IMG/VR virus record: IMGVR_UViG_3300046535_002148 | Location: 32,001 to 96,000 of that record | Strand: one strand, 5' to 3' | DNA: 64,000 nucleotides | DNA from: a virus | Part shown: piece after piece, positions 1-9,210 of the stretch | Layout of the letters: each line of letters opens with the position of its first letter | Position numbering within the stretch: the first letter of the stretch is position 1 | Notes under the pieces: generated by a model | What the model was told of the DNA's origin: nothing | What the model saw: the letters and a program-made list of their open reading frames with translations, nothing else | The model's database searches: none | Made by a program: the position numbers and the translations under genes

Positions 1-1
1 C

Positions 2-796
2 GTGCCCCCCGACCTGCTCGTTGAACCGGGCACGGTGCGCATTCCGCAGGAAGAAGTCAGGCCACAGAGTGGTGCCGTGAAGCTGCACCCGCATGACCTC
101 GTGCGCGGGCGCGATCTTGCTGGCCTTCATCAGGTAGGTCGAGATCGGGCCGGTCACGATGCCGAGCCGATTGGCGATGTCACGCACGCACTGCAGTGCG
201 GCTGGGTCCGTCGAGTCGATCGCGAACGAGGTGCGGTTGACGGTGCCGTCGGTGGCGAAGTACCCCATCAGCCAGCCGAGCAGGTCGGAGTCCGACCAGG
301 TTTCCAGGTCCGGCAGCTGCTTCCATGCTGGGTCGAGTCCGTTGACCCGGATGCCCTGCACCCCGCCAGCGGTCGGTTCGAGGTCGACAACGGTGCCATA
401 GGACTCGAAGTGGCGCAGGAGTTCCTGCTTCTCCCCCCACAGAGCGACGTGATGTCCGGAACCGTCGCCGAAGTACACGCCTCGCGCGATGCACCGGCTC
501 GACGCGACCCGGTGCTGCTCGGCGATGACGGCGTCGAGCTTGGCTCCCACGCGCAGGTCGCGCGTCAGCACCTCGTACCCGTCGACGATCCAGCGGTGCT
601 GGTCCGTGGCGTACAGGATCTTCTCGCGACGGTTGCGGGTCAGCTTGATCGCCCAGAGGCGCTGACGGCCGAAGTCACGAATCTTCGCGTGAACCCATTG
701 GCCACCCGACGTCAGGAGTTCGGCTTCCTGGTCCGCGACATCAGCGATCCGTCGAGTGCCTCCACGCGTGATGACGCCGGTGTCGCCGGCGAGGCA
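2..796 (-). mobile_element. Intein with LAGLIDADG homing endonuclease (C-terminal part outside the window)
   Basis: Block A CLAGDTGVIT, block B YATDQHRW, LAGLIDADG-like blocks ARGVYFGDG and GWLMGYFATDG. Confidence 0.85.
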
Positions 797-961
797 GTGG
801 TAGTAGCCGTCCTCGACGGAGACGTAAAGCTTCAATTTCCTGGAGCCGGCGTCCTCGCCGCAGCCGATGAAACAAGGCATCGCAATCTCGCGACCACCGG
901 ACACCGACTTGCCATGAAAGCCCTTGCTGGAAAGGTAAGCGACGACATCGAGATCACTCAC
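2..961 (-). CDS. DNA primase (N-terminal Zn-finger) interrupted by a LAGLIDADG intein; runs off the window edge
   Basis: Not in the ORF track; translated by hand from GTG 961: MSDLDVVAYLSSKG...IAMPCFIGC...KLYVSVEDGYYH|CLAGDTGVITRGG. This resembles a CHC2-type primase Zn-finger start. No stop before position 1. Confidence 0.7.
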   Translation of the reverse strand, partial: MSDLDVVAYLSSKGFHGKSVSGGREIAMPCFIGCGEDAGSRKLKLYVSVEDGYYHCLAGDTGVITRGGTRRIADVADQEAELLTSGGQWVHAKIRDFGRQRLWAIKLTRNRREKILYATDQHRWIVDGYEVLTRDLRVGAKLDAVIAEQHRVASSRCIARGVYFGDGSGHHVALWGEKQELLRHFESYGTVVDLEPTAGGVQGIRVNGLDPAWKQLPDLETWSDSDLLGWLMGYFATDGTVNRTSFAIDSTDPAALQCVRDIANRLGIVTGPISTYLMKASKIAPAHEVMRVQLHGTTLWPDFFLRNAHRARFNEQVGGH

Positions 962-1409
962 CACGCCACCCCCGGACCACGGCAACCGCTTCGGCCTCAG
1001 TTGCACAGTTCTTCCGCATGACGGCCCCGTCGTTCATCCACGCCGCCTTCCAGGCGCCATTGATGCGGTCGAAGCTGACACCGCGATACTCCGACGTCGA
1101 AGCGTCTCGATGGCCGATCTGGTTCTGCATGTTCCGCTGATGCGTCACCACCAGCAGGTTCGAGCGGCGGTTGTCGAGCTTGTTGCGGTTGTCGTGGTCG
1201 ACCACACGGCGGTCGCCGGGCTGCAAGCCGCAGATGTCGCGGTGCAGATAGCCTCCAGGCGCCTCGTGACCCCGGCGACGCACCGGATTGCGCATGACGT
1301 AGCCGTTCTTGCCCACGAACCACCGATGCGTGACGAACAGCGCGACGTCCTCGTCGTCGACGAGCACGATGTGCGGCACATCCTTCCGCCACACGACGAA
1401 CTCAGGCAC
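954..1409 (-). CDS. HNH endonuclease with C-terminal AP2-like domain
   Basis: YLHRDI...VVDHDNRNKLDNRRSNL...N, then SEYRGVSFDR..WKA. GTG at 1409 has a GAGGAGG RBS; the track start at 1454 is probably too far upstream. Confidence 0.85.
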   Translation of the reverse strand: MPEFVVWRKDVPHIVLVDDEDVALFVTHRWFVGKNGYVMRNPVRRRGHEAPGGYLHRDICGLQPGDRRVVDHDNRNKLDNRRSNLLVVTHQRNMQNQIGHRDASTSEYRGVSFDRINGAWKAAWMNDGAVMRKNCATEAEAVAVVRGWRGE

Positions 1410-1600
1410 CGGTCCTCCTCCCGAATGATCCTCAAAGCTGGCTTCGGGCATCATTTTCTTGAGCCCTGTCAGATCAAGCGTTCTGCGGTTGAGCGCTGAA
1501 GCGCCCCCAAAATTTTTCGCTTCGTCACTTCAATGGTGCAGCAATTCCAGAGCGGAGATCAGAATCCGCACCCGGTCCGGAACCGTGGTATGACGACCCG

Positions 1601-2062
1601 TCAGAACGGTGGCGCTTCCTGGCTGCCGCCTTCCATGGACGGGATCACCTCGGCGACCTCCTCCCACAACTTGGCGGGGTCCTTGCGGTCGGGCACCTTG
1701 CGGATGGTGATGTCCGCGGGCATGCCGGTGAGGTCGTCGGTGTCGAGGTTCATGCCGACCGGGACCTCGCGCTGCAGGATCGCCTCGGCCCAGTTGCGGA
1801 ACTTGTTGTCCGGGTGATTGGTCAGGCGGGCCTCGCAGGTGCCCTTGACGCGACGGTAGCTGCCGTCGGCGGGGTTGCGGGTCTCATGGTCCTGGACCTC
1901 CCACCACCACTCCAGCAGCAGCTTGGTCTGCTCGATGCCGGCGTTCTTGCCGTCCTTGGGGGTCCAGCGGATCTCGCGGGGCTCGATCGACTGCAGGACT
2001 GCGCGGTAGATCTTGTCCTCGTCGAGGCTGAGGTCTGGCTGTTCTTCTACTCCGAATTGCAT
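1601..2062 (-). CDS. Putative single-stranded DNA-binding protein
   Basis: Follows the Sak4-like gene, beta-rich, acidic C-terminus ending EAPPF. ATG at 2062. Confidence 0.6.
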   Translation of the reverse strand: MQFGVEEQPDLSLDEDKIYRAVLQSIEPREIRWTPKDGKNAGIEQTKLLLEWWWEVQDHETRNPADGSYRRVKGTCEARLTNHPDNKFRNWAEAILQREVPVGMNLDTDDLTGMPADITIRKVPDRKDPAKLWEEVAEVIPSMEGGSQEAPPF

Positions 2063-2088
2063 GGGGACTTCTTTCCAGCAGTGGGCGG

Positions 2089-3786
2089 TCAGGCGGACTT
2101 CTTCTGGCGCTGCAGGAAGCAGGTGCAGCAGATGTGGTTGCGGGCCTTGATGAAGGCCACGCGCAGGTAGCTCTCGACCTTCACGGGGCTCAGTGGCTCG
2201 CCACCGGTCAGCTCCACCGGGGGGACGGCCTTGATGTCGTTGCCGCACTGGCTGCAGTTGGCCGGTCGGTCACCCGGCGCGGGGGTGGACAGCTTGGGCT
2301 TCTCGGCCGGAGCCGCCGACGCGGCGGGCTCCTCGACCGCGGCATTGTTGGCTGCGACCTGCTGGGCCTTCTGCCCGATCTCCCCGGTGGTGGTGTTGAC
2401 CGGCTCGCCGGCGTCGGTGGTCGGGGACTCCCAGGAGTGCAGACCCCCGTGGTCCTTGTCCCAGACGCACAGATCGCCGCCGTCGGCCTTCATGCACTGC
2501 GGCAGGTTCGCCGCCTCGTTGAGGTCGTCCTCGGTGAAGGTTTCTGACGCTGCGTCAGTCAGCTCGTCGTCCACGTTCACTGGCGCGGACTTGGAGTCGC
2601 CGGAGGACGGCACGGCATCCTGAACAGGGCCGTCCGTCGAGCTCGGAGACTCCGTACCGGAGGTCGGCGACGCATCGTCCGGGGGCGTCTCGGTCTTCGC
2701 AGTAGCCGGGGCGTCGGTACCGGAGTCCTTCGCCTCGGTGATCTCCTGCCACTTCTTCAGTCCCCCGGCCTTGTCGATGGCCTCGATGAGCTCGGACTTC
2801 AGGGCGTTGCCCTTGGGGTTGAGCCCCATGTCGCGGGCGATGGTGACCAGTTCGACCTTGCTGCGTGAGGCCAACGGTGCCTCGGCCGGGGACTGCTGCG
2901 GCAGCGGTCCGCCCGACAGCGGGCCGACCGGGGCCGCATCGGTGACCGGCGGTGCACCGAAGGAGTCGGTGGCCGGCGGGATCTCGCCGATCTCCGCAGC
3001 GTTGGCGCCGGCCTTGTCCAGCTCGGCGATGCGCTCGTTGAGGCGGTCGAACAGGCCGAGGTAGTCGTTCTCGGAGAACGTCACCTCCATCCAGTCGGGC
3101 ATGATGCCCAGTCGATCCTTGAGGAACGGTCGTTCCGGGGTGGCCTTGAAGGTCAGGCCCCGCTTGCGGACCCGCTGACCGTCGACGGCGGCGTAGTAGC
3201 CGCCCATGAAGCAGGCGAGGTCGAGGTCGTTGAAGATGGTGTCCTTCGTCGACCCCTGCAACTGCAGGGCGAGTTCCTGGCGCTCGGAGGCCTGGTCGCC
3301 GACGCCCTCCTTGATCGTCTTCTCCTTGTAGTGGCAGTTGACGATCACGTTCATGTCGAGGTTGAGCAGTCGGGTGGTGAGCATCTGCATCTTCGACTCG
3401 AGGTATCCCCACGCCTCGTACCCGCGGAAGGACTCGGCGTTGGGGTTGCGCTGCAGCCACTCGTCCTGGACCAGTCGGGCGTAGCTGTCCAGGGTGTCGA
3501 CGCACACCGTCTGGAACTGGCGCTGGGCCCAGGGGCGCATGTTCTCGGTCTTGAGGAAGGCCAGGGCGTCGAGCATGTCCTGGCTGTTCTTGATGCGGGT
3601 GTAGGCCGCTCCGCGGTCGGCGGTGGAGGCCATGCCGCCCTCGCAGTCGAGGAACAGCGTCAACGGCCAGTAGGTGGCCATGCGGGTCTTGCCGATGCCG
3701 GGACCGCCGACGACCAACATCTTCAGCCGGGCGGTACCTCCTGGGGCGAATTGCTCCAGGCCGGTGCGTTGGATCTTCAGTCCCAT
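2089..3786 (-). CDS. Sak4/AAA_24-like ssDNA-annealing ATPase with long C-terminal extension
   Basis: Walker A GGPGIGKT, LFLDCEGG, TVCVDTL, NVIVNCH, LKDR. Tail has a Rho-N/SAP-like helix pair and Cys clusters. Confidence 0.8.
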   Translation of the reverse strand: MGLKIQRTGLEQFAPGGTARLKMLVVGGPGIGKTRMATYWPLTLFLDCEGGMASTADRGAAYTRIKNSQDMLDALAFLKTENMRPWAQRQFQTVCVDTLDSYARLVQDEWLQRNPNAESFRGYEAWGYLESKMQMLTTRLLNLDMNVIVNCHYKEKTIKEGVGDQASERQELALQLQGSTKDTIFNDLDLACFMGGYYAAVDGQRVRKRGLTFKATPERPFLKDRLGIMPDWMEVTFSENDYLGLFDRLNERIAELDKAGANAAEIGEIPPATDSFGAPPVTDAAPVGPLSGGPLPQQSPAEAPLASRSKVELVTIARDMGLNPKGNALKSELIEAIDKAGGLKKWQEITEAKDSGTDAPATAKTETPPDDASPTSGTESPSSTDGPVQDAVPSSGDSKSAPVNVDDELTDAASETFTEDDLNEAANLPQCMKADGGDLCVWDKDHGGLHSWESPTTDAGEPVNTTTGEIGQKAQQVAANNAAVEEPAASAAPAEKPKLSTPAPGDRPANCSQCGNDIKAVPPVELTGGEPLSPVKVESYLRVAFIKARNHICCTCFLQRQKKSA

Positions 3787-3833
3787 CAGCCGATCACCGG
3801 CCGCGGGTTCGATGGATTCATTCCGTCCCGTTC

Positions 3834-5771
3834 CTAAGCAGTCTTGAGTGGGTCACCGTGAAGGGCGTCAGGCAGTCCGCCCCCGCACACGGCTCGGTAG
3901 CTGCAGAAGTGGCAGTTCTCGCCAGAGATGGACAGCGGGTAGATCTCGTTCTTCACGGCTGCGGCCATCTGCTCCACGGCGAGCGTCAGTCGCCGGTAGT
4001 CGATCGGCCCACGCCAGCCGGCGTCGACGAACTTCATCTTGTGCATGTCGATCCAGGTGGCCCGACGCCCGGCGCCATGGAATCGCTCGTACAGATCGGT
4101 GCCCCGGTCCTCGCCGAAGCCGTCCTCGCCGCGCCAGCCGGTCCAGAACTCCTTCTTCGTGGAGGCGTAGCAGTTGTGCTGGACGACACCGGCACCCACG
4201 TAGGTGCTGGTGCCGGTGGTCATGTCGACGAGGTCCTGCTCGCCGACGGACTCGATGGCGACGATCCTGACTTCGGAGATCACGCGGACCGTGGTGTTGT
4301 CGAGGTCCTCGACCTTCCGGGCCAGGGCCGGTCGGATGGTGGCGGTGAAGGCCACACGCGTGGACTTGTCGCCGATGAGCTCGACGGACTTCGCACCGAC
4401 CCGACCTTCGAAGCCGAGCTGATTGAGGTGCTTGGCGATCGACTCAAGGACAGCGAAGTCCTTCTGGTAGAAGCTGATGACGTTGCTGTTCGTGCCCCTG
4501 CCGCCGTCGGTGTCGTACATTCCCGCAAGCCATCCGGCGACGTAGTCGTCACTTTCGGCCGCGCGCTCACACATGCTGCGGATCTGGTCGACGGCTGTCA
4601 CCGAGTGCGTCCGCAGCCCGGCCATGGGATTGCGCTGCCAGCCGCGACCGTCCGGTTCGCGGGTCCAGTCGAAGACCTGAACACCGAACTCGCGAAGGAA
4701 GGCGCGAAGGCGATCGAGGATGTCGGCGTCTGCGACGCCGACTCCGATGGTCCAGAAGGGAGTGTGTCCGGTGGGCCGGCTGATCGACCCGTCGCCGAGT
4801 GTGGCGCCAGCGATGTACCCGGCCATGTAGTCGGCGCTGCAGTAGTCGATCTCCCGCGGCTCCGGCATCACCTTGAAGACCTTGATGCCGGCGGTCTTGC
4901 GTCGAGGGTTGTCGAGGTTCTCGACGAGGTCCTCGACCGTCCGCCACGCCCATCCGCCCTCGCGCTGGGCCAGGAGCCGGTGTCCGGCGCCGACGGTGAA
5001 CTCGGTGCCGTCGTTGCAAGCCACCCGGAACGCAGGCTTCCGCGTGCGCCAGATGGCGTTGACGGTTGTACGACGCCAGTGACGACGACGGACGCCACCG
5101 TCAGTTTCCACGGGTTCCTCGTCGACACCCATGATCGTGTCGCCGACAGCCAGCTCACCGAACGGCTTCCAGCTGTAGTCACCCATGAGGATCGGGGTCT
5201 CGGGCGTTGCGCAGTAGCTGGTGAACTGGATGTTGTGCCGCAGGTACTCCGGCCGACGCATCGCGGACTTCCAGTCGTCGATGCACACCGCGGCCAGGCG
5301 GCGGTGGAAGCGGACGAGCAGTCGGTCGACCGTGCCGGCGATGATGTGCGGCTCGCCGAGGTCCTCGTCCCATGTGCCGTCGATCGGGACCGCGAAGCCG
5401 AACTCCAATGCGAGCATCTCGTGGTCGTCGTCGCGGATGAGCTCGGCGTACTGCTTGATCGCCTCGATGCCGCGGGCCCGGCACTCCCCGTAGGAGCGCT
5501 TGGGCAGCCACCCGTCGGCAGGGACCGGGTCGCAGATCGCCTCGATGTTGGCCGGGTGCCAGTAGTGGATGAACGAGGCGAGGGCGCGGGCCAGCGCCTC
5601 CTCGAAGGGGACGCCCTCGGCGCGCAGCCGCTCGAGGACCTGCAGTGCGTGGTGCAGGACGGAGCCGTACGCGGCCCCGCTGTTGGTGCGCCCCGGAACT
5701 CCGTTGCGGCCGAGGCCGTAGGCGTAGGCGCACCGCGCGTAGGACTGCAGGTCGGATGGATGGAACCTCAA
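3834..5771 (-). CDS. RecB/Cas4-like PD-(D/E)XK exonuclease containing an intein
   Basis: N-terminal SDLQSYARC, GSVLH, AGTVDRL, DDWKS, QFTSY motif, C-terminal CHFCSYRAVC Fe-S-type cysteines. Confidence 0.85.
   Translation of the reverse strand: MRFHPSDLQSYARCAYAYGLGRNGVPGRTNSGAAYGSVLHHALQVLERLRAEGVPFEEALARALASFIHYWHPANIEAICDPVPADGWLPKRSYGECRARGIEAIKQYAELIRDDDHEMLALEFGFAVPIDGTWDEDLGEPHIIAGTVDRLLVRFHRRLAAVCIDDWKSAMRRPEYLRHNIQFTSYCATPETPILMGDYSWKPFGELAVGDTIMGVDEEPVETDGGVRRRHWRRTTVNAIWRTRKPAFRVACNDGTEFTVGAGHRLLAQREGGWAWRTVEDLVENLDNPRRKTAGIKVFKVMPEPREIDYCSADYMAGYIAGATLGDGSISRPTGHTPFWTIGVGVADADILDRLRAFLREFGVQVFDWTREPDGRGWQRNPMAGLRTHSVTAVDQIRSMCERAAESDDYVAGWLAGMYDTDGGRGTNSNVISFYQKDFAVLESIAKHLNQLGFEGRVGAKSVELIGDKSTRVAFTATIRPALARKVEDLDNTTVRVISEVRIVAIESVGEQDLVDMTTGTSTYVGAGVVQHNCYASTKKEFWTGWRGEDGFGEDRGTDLYERFHGAGRRATWIDMHKMKFVDAGWRGPIDYRRLTLAVEQMAAAVKNEIYPLSISGENCHFCSYRAVCGGGLPDALHGDPLKTA
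4173..5213 (-). mobile_element. Intein (347 aa) with LAGLIDADG homing endonuclease
   Basis: C1 CATPETPILMGD, LAGLIDADG-like AGATLGDG and AGMYDTDG, end VVQHN followed by +1 Cys. Confidence 0.92.
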
Positions 5772-5835
5772 CTGCTCTGCACACCGCCCCGTGACGAGCC
5801 GTCAGATGGTTCCCTCCGGGAAGGCTGGACGCAGA

Positions 5836-6134
5836 AAAGGGGCCACACGAGGCCACGCCGGAACACGCCCAGCTGGCTGCTGGGCTGCTCGTGACGTGGT
5901 GCTTCGTGTGGCCCCTTCGGCGACCGCGCCGCCTGGCGCCAGGATCCGTGACCGAGCCGCGGACCCCGTCAATCCGGGGTGAACCGGACTGGGATGACAG
6001 GAACCGTACGCCCCGGCCACGAACAGGTGTCAAGCCCGGTCGGCGAGTCCCTGAAACCCGTTCGCCGGTCGGGTTTCCGTCCTCTGCGGCCGGTGGTGTC
6101 AGGTGGGGCGCAATGGGCTCCGGTGAACCCCGGA
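5836..6134. ncRNA. Candidate structured RNA or leader with terminator-like 3' hairpin
   Basis: Nested inverted repeats in a ~400-nt intergenic gap (see findings); no family recognised. Confidence 0.35.
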
Positions 6135-6182
6135 AACCTATAGTGCACAGCGAAAACGTCAGTTCCGACTAGAGTCGGGATC

Positions 6183-6581
6183 ATGGAGACGGGCGCGGTA
6201 CGAAACTCTCAAGCTGTCTCGGGACTTTTGTCTGATGATCCGTTGCGGGTGTCGGAGGGCCCGGCTAGGTTCTCCCGGGTGACGACGCGGTCGGGGGTCC
6301 GGGAGGACGCCAGCGAGGGCGAGCTGCAGGACGCGCTGAACCTCGCCGTGACGGTGTTCGGCCGGCGTGCGGTGATCACCGCGCTGAGACACGTACACCT
6401 CTTCGATCATCTGCGCAAGCGGGCCCGCGACCAGCTCACGATCGCCGAGACCGCCCATGCCGCCGGCGTGGAGTTCCTGCTGCACTTCAAGGTGTCGCCG
6501 CGCCCGAAGGCCGGGGACCGGGTGGTCATCTCCACCGAGATCCCGCCGGAGCAGCTGACGCTGCCGCCCACGGTGAGCTAG
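6183..6581 (+). CDS. Small divergently oriented protein, possible degenerate HTH regulator
   Basis: Lone plus-strand ORF between the tail and replication modules. LTIAETAHAAGVEFLLHF weakly resembles XRE C-terminal helices. True start may be a downstream GTG. Confidence 0.45.
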   Translation: METGAVRNSQAVSGLLSDDPLRVSEGPARFSRVTTRSGVREDASEGELQDALNLAVTVFGRRAVITALRHVHLFDHLRKRARDQLTIAETAHAAGVEFLLHFKVSPRPKAGDRVVISTEIPPEQLTLPPTVS

Positions 6582-7015
6582 AAGTCCCCCATGACGGCCT
6601 GCGGGATGTCACGCAGGGCGTTGGCCTGGAACGTCCAGGTATGGGTCAGGGTGTAGCTCGGCTCCGCGACGCTGATGGATTGCTGGGAATAGCTCGGGCG
6701 CACGATCGCGGCGAGGAAAACCCCGGTGTAGTAACCGCGGTCGTCGTTGAGCCAGCCCTGGACCAGGCCCTCGGCCAGCGGCCAGCGGTACTGGACGAGT
6801 GTCTGTCCGGGGTCGAGGACCGCGCAGTGCCCGACGGCGGGCATCTCCACGAAGCCGTAGCCGAACAGCAGGGCGGTGCTCGAGCTGAACTCGCCCCACC
6901 CGCTGGTGAAGGACAGCGCGGTCACGGTGACCTCGCCGCCGGCGTTGGCCTGGTGGTGCGCGATGTCGGCCCGGCGGGCCTCCATGGCCCTGAACGGGTT
7001 CTGGATGATCGTCAT
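6578..7015 (-). CDS. Minor tail/baseplate protein
   Basis: ATG 7015 overlaps the upstream stop (ATGA); last gene of the tail module. Confidence 0.55.
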   Translation of the reverse strand: MTIIQNPFRAMEARRADIAHHQANAGGEVTVTALSFTSGWGEFSSSTALLFGYGFVEMPAVGHCAVLDPGQTLVQYRWPLAEGLVQGWLNDDRGYYTGVFLAAIVRPSYSQQSISVAEPSYTLTHTWTFQANALRDIPQAVMGDF

Positions 7016-9210
7016 GAACTGATCAGCCCGATGCTCTTGAGGTAGTACTGCGTCTCGGCCGAGAGCTTGCTCGCGTCGATGACCCAGTTGCTGAACGGGT
7101 CGGTGCCCAGCCAGTTGGTCTCGAGGTCGTAGGTGTAGCGCCCGGTGCTGACGTCCAGGGTGCAGTTGATCGAACGGACGTAGTGCAGGTAGGACTCCCC
7201 CGTCATGCGCTCCCAGATCCGGACCTGGTCGTCGACCTGGATGGCCGGGTTGCCGGGGCAGGTGGCCGTACCGACCCGGTAGAGGAACATCTCCCGGACG
7301 CTGATCAGGTCGGCCATGATCTGGCACTCCTGGTCGGTGCTGAAGTCCTGGTCGATGTAGAGCCGGACCCGGCGCATCCCGCTGGGGTGGGGGTTGAAGC
7401 CCGGCGCCAGACCGCCGACGGTGCCGGAGGTGTCGGCGACGAAGTTGCGTTCGCGGACGTTGCGACCGGAGAGTTTGACCTTGTACGCGAGCAGGGTCGT
7501 TTCCTCGTCGAGCTCGACGTACTCCTGCACGCGGCCGACGTCCTCACCGGCGTCGGACTGGCTGACGTAGTTGCCGGGCTGCCAGATGTTGGGTGAGCGC
7601 CAGACCGCGCCGCCGCCCTCGTCGATGTAGAAGATGTAGCCGACGATGTCGCGCACGAAGCTGATGACGTTCATCAGTGGCTGCTTGTCGAAGTTGCCCT
7701 TGTCCAGCTTGGTGATGCTGGCGGTGCCGGTCTGCTCGAGGTCGCCCCACACCCGCCCGGCCGGCAGGACAGGGTCCGGGGCGTCAGGAGTGAACACGGC
7801 GCCGTTGCCGTCGCTCTGGGTCTGGAAGTTCAGGCCGGTGTTCGCCTCCGGCCAGTAGAAGCCGCCCCAGGCACACACCCACTTGACGATGTCGGTGAGG
7901 TCGGCGTAGTTGCCTTCCAGGTGGGTGCGGACCAGGCCGGTGGCCGGGTCGGTGTCCGGGACCATGGTCGTGGTCACCGAGCTGACCTGCATGGCGCACA
8001 GGCCGGCGCGCCATTTGTAGTCACCCAGGCCGCTGTTGGTCAGGGAGGTGAAGGTGACCCGGACCCGCTGGGCGTTGGCGATCGCCGCGGGCAGCTGGAT
8101 GACGGCGTCGGAGTCCTTGTTGACGGTGACGGCGTGGACGAAGGGGATGTCGCTGCCGTTGTTGATGACCTGGCCGTTGATCTTCTTGCTGTAGGCGGGG
8201 ATCTTCTGCGACCCGAGCCAGTTGGCGCCGTCGCTGACCGAGATGTAGATCCGGTAGGGCCCGCCCCAGACCTTGAGCCGTACTGCGGTCAGGGTGCGGC
8301 TGCTGAAGGTGCCGGTGATCCACTCGTAGCCGGGCTTGGACCAGCACCCGGTCGAGAGCCAGTAGGTGGTCAGGCTGGTGTCGAAGGCGTGGGAGCCGTA
8401 GTGCCCGAAGACCCCGCCGTTGCGGTCGACGTACTCGTACTTGCCGTCCTTGAGGCCGCGTCCGACGAAGGTCTTGTTCGAGTCGTTGCCGTAGGTCGGC
8501 CAGGCCCAGGTCAGTTGCGTCTGCGGGATGTTGGGGTTGTTGACGGAGTGGACCGGATCCCATTCCAGTGGGTAGTCGGTCTCACGTGGAATGACCGGCG
8601 GGAACGCGATCTGGTCGAGCAGCAGCCGCCCGAGGTCGCGGCACTGGATGGTGATCAGTCCGTCGTGGGTGAACTCGACGTCGTCGATGAGCCAGACGCC
8701 GCTGGCGTACATGTGCGGGTCGCCCTCGGGGGCGATGGAGTAGTCCGCGCCGTAGCCCTCATAGGTGCGGATGACCCGGTCGGGGACCAGGACGCTCTGC
8801 CACTCGTTGGGGTCGAGGCTCCAGCGTTCGCTGGCCTCGGGGTCGACGCCGTAGTTCGGGGTGTACCAACCCTCGCGCTCGAAGTACTGGTCGTCCTCGG
8901 GGACCTCTCCCATCGGGAGGATCTCGCAGTTCCACAGCGTCAGCGTCATGGTGGCGGCATCGGTGTCGACGCTGCGGCTCCATGTCATCGACTTGATGTT
9001 GGGCAGCTCGATCGGGACGTGGGACTGCCCGAAGGTCGCAGTGGTGAAGTTGCCGAGGCCGTAGCGCTGGACCCCGTTGAGCATCGTGAACTGGTACGGG
9101 ACCTTCTTGATCGACAGCTTCTGGACGGTGGCCCGGCAGCGGGGCGCCTGGGTGCCGGTCTTGTCCCCCGAGACCCAGGCCTGGGCGGTGTCGTTGTCGA
9201 CGATCCTCAC
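7012..9210 (-). CDS. Tail tip hub (Tal/gp27-like) protein with inserted beta-sandwich domain
   Basis: GTG 9210 coupled to the upstream stop. Follows Dit-like genes. Hub-like motifs ITIQCRDLGRLL, FYIDEGG, GNPAIQVDDQVRI. Confidence 0.65.
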   Translation of the reverse strand: MRIVDNDTAQAWVSGDKTGTQAPRCRATVQKLSIKKVPYQFTMLNGVQRYGLGNFTTATFGQSHVPIELPNIKSMTWSRSVDTDAATMTLTLWNCEILPMGEVPEDDQYFEREGWYTPNYGVDPEASERWSLDPNEWQSVLVPDRVIRTYEGYGADYSIAPEGDPHMYASGVWLIDDVEFTHDGLITIQCRDLGRLLLDQIAFPPVIPRETDYPLEWDPVHSVNNPNIPQTQLTWAWPTYGNDSNKTFVGRGLKDGKYEYVDRNGGVFGHYGSHAFDTSLTTYWLSTGCWSKPGYEWITGTFSSRTLTAVRLKVWGGPYRIYISVSDGANWLGSQKIPAYSKKINGQVINNGSDIPFVHAVTVNKDSDAVIQLPAAIANAQRVRVTFTSLTNSGLGDYKWRAGLCAMQVSSVTTTMVPDTDPATGLVRTHLEGNYADLTDIVKWVCAWGGFYWPEANTGLNFQTQSDGNGAVFTPDAPDPVLPAGRVWGDLEQTGTASITKLDKGNFDKQPLMNVISFVRDIVGYIFYIDEGGGAVWRSPNIWQPGNYVSQSDAGEDVGRVQEYVELDEETTLLAYKVKLSGRNVRERNFVADTSGTVGGLAPGFNPHPSGMRRVRLYIDQDFSTDQECQIMADLISVREMFLYRVGTATCPGNPAIQVDDQVRIWERMTGESYLHYVRSINCTLDVSTGRYTYDLETNWLGTDPFSNWVIDASKLSAETQYYLKSIGLISS

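Noticed and set aside
2-1021. 339-aa plus-strand ORF
   Set aside because: In-register antisense shadow of the minus-strand primase/intein frame.
3834-5771. Cas4-like nuclease as evidence for CRISPR-Cas
   Set aside because: No cas1/cas2 and no repeat-spacer array seen; the context is a Sak4/SSB recombination module.
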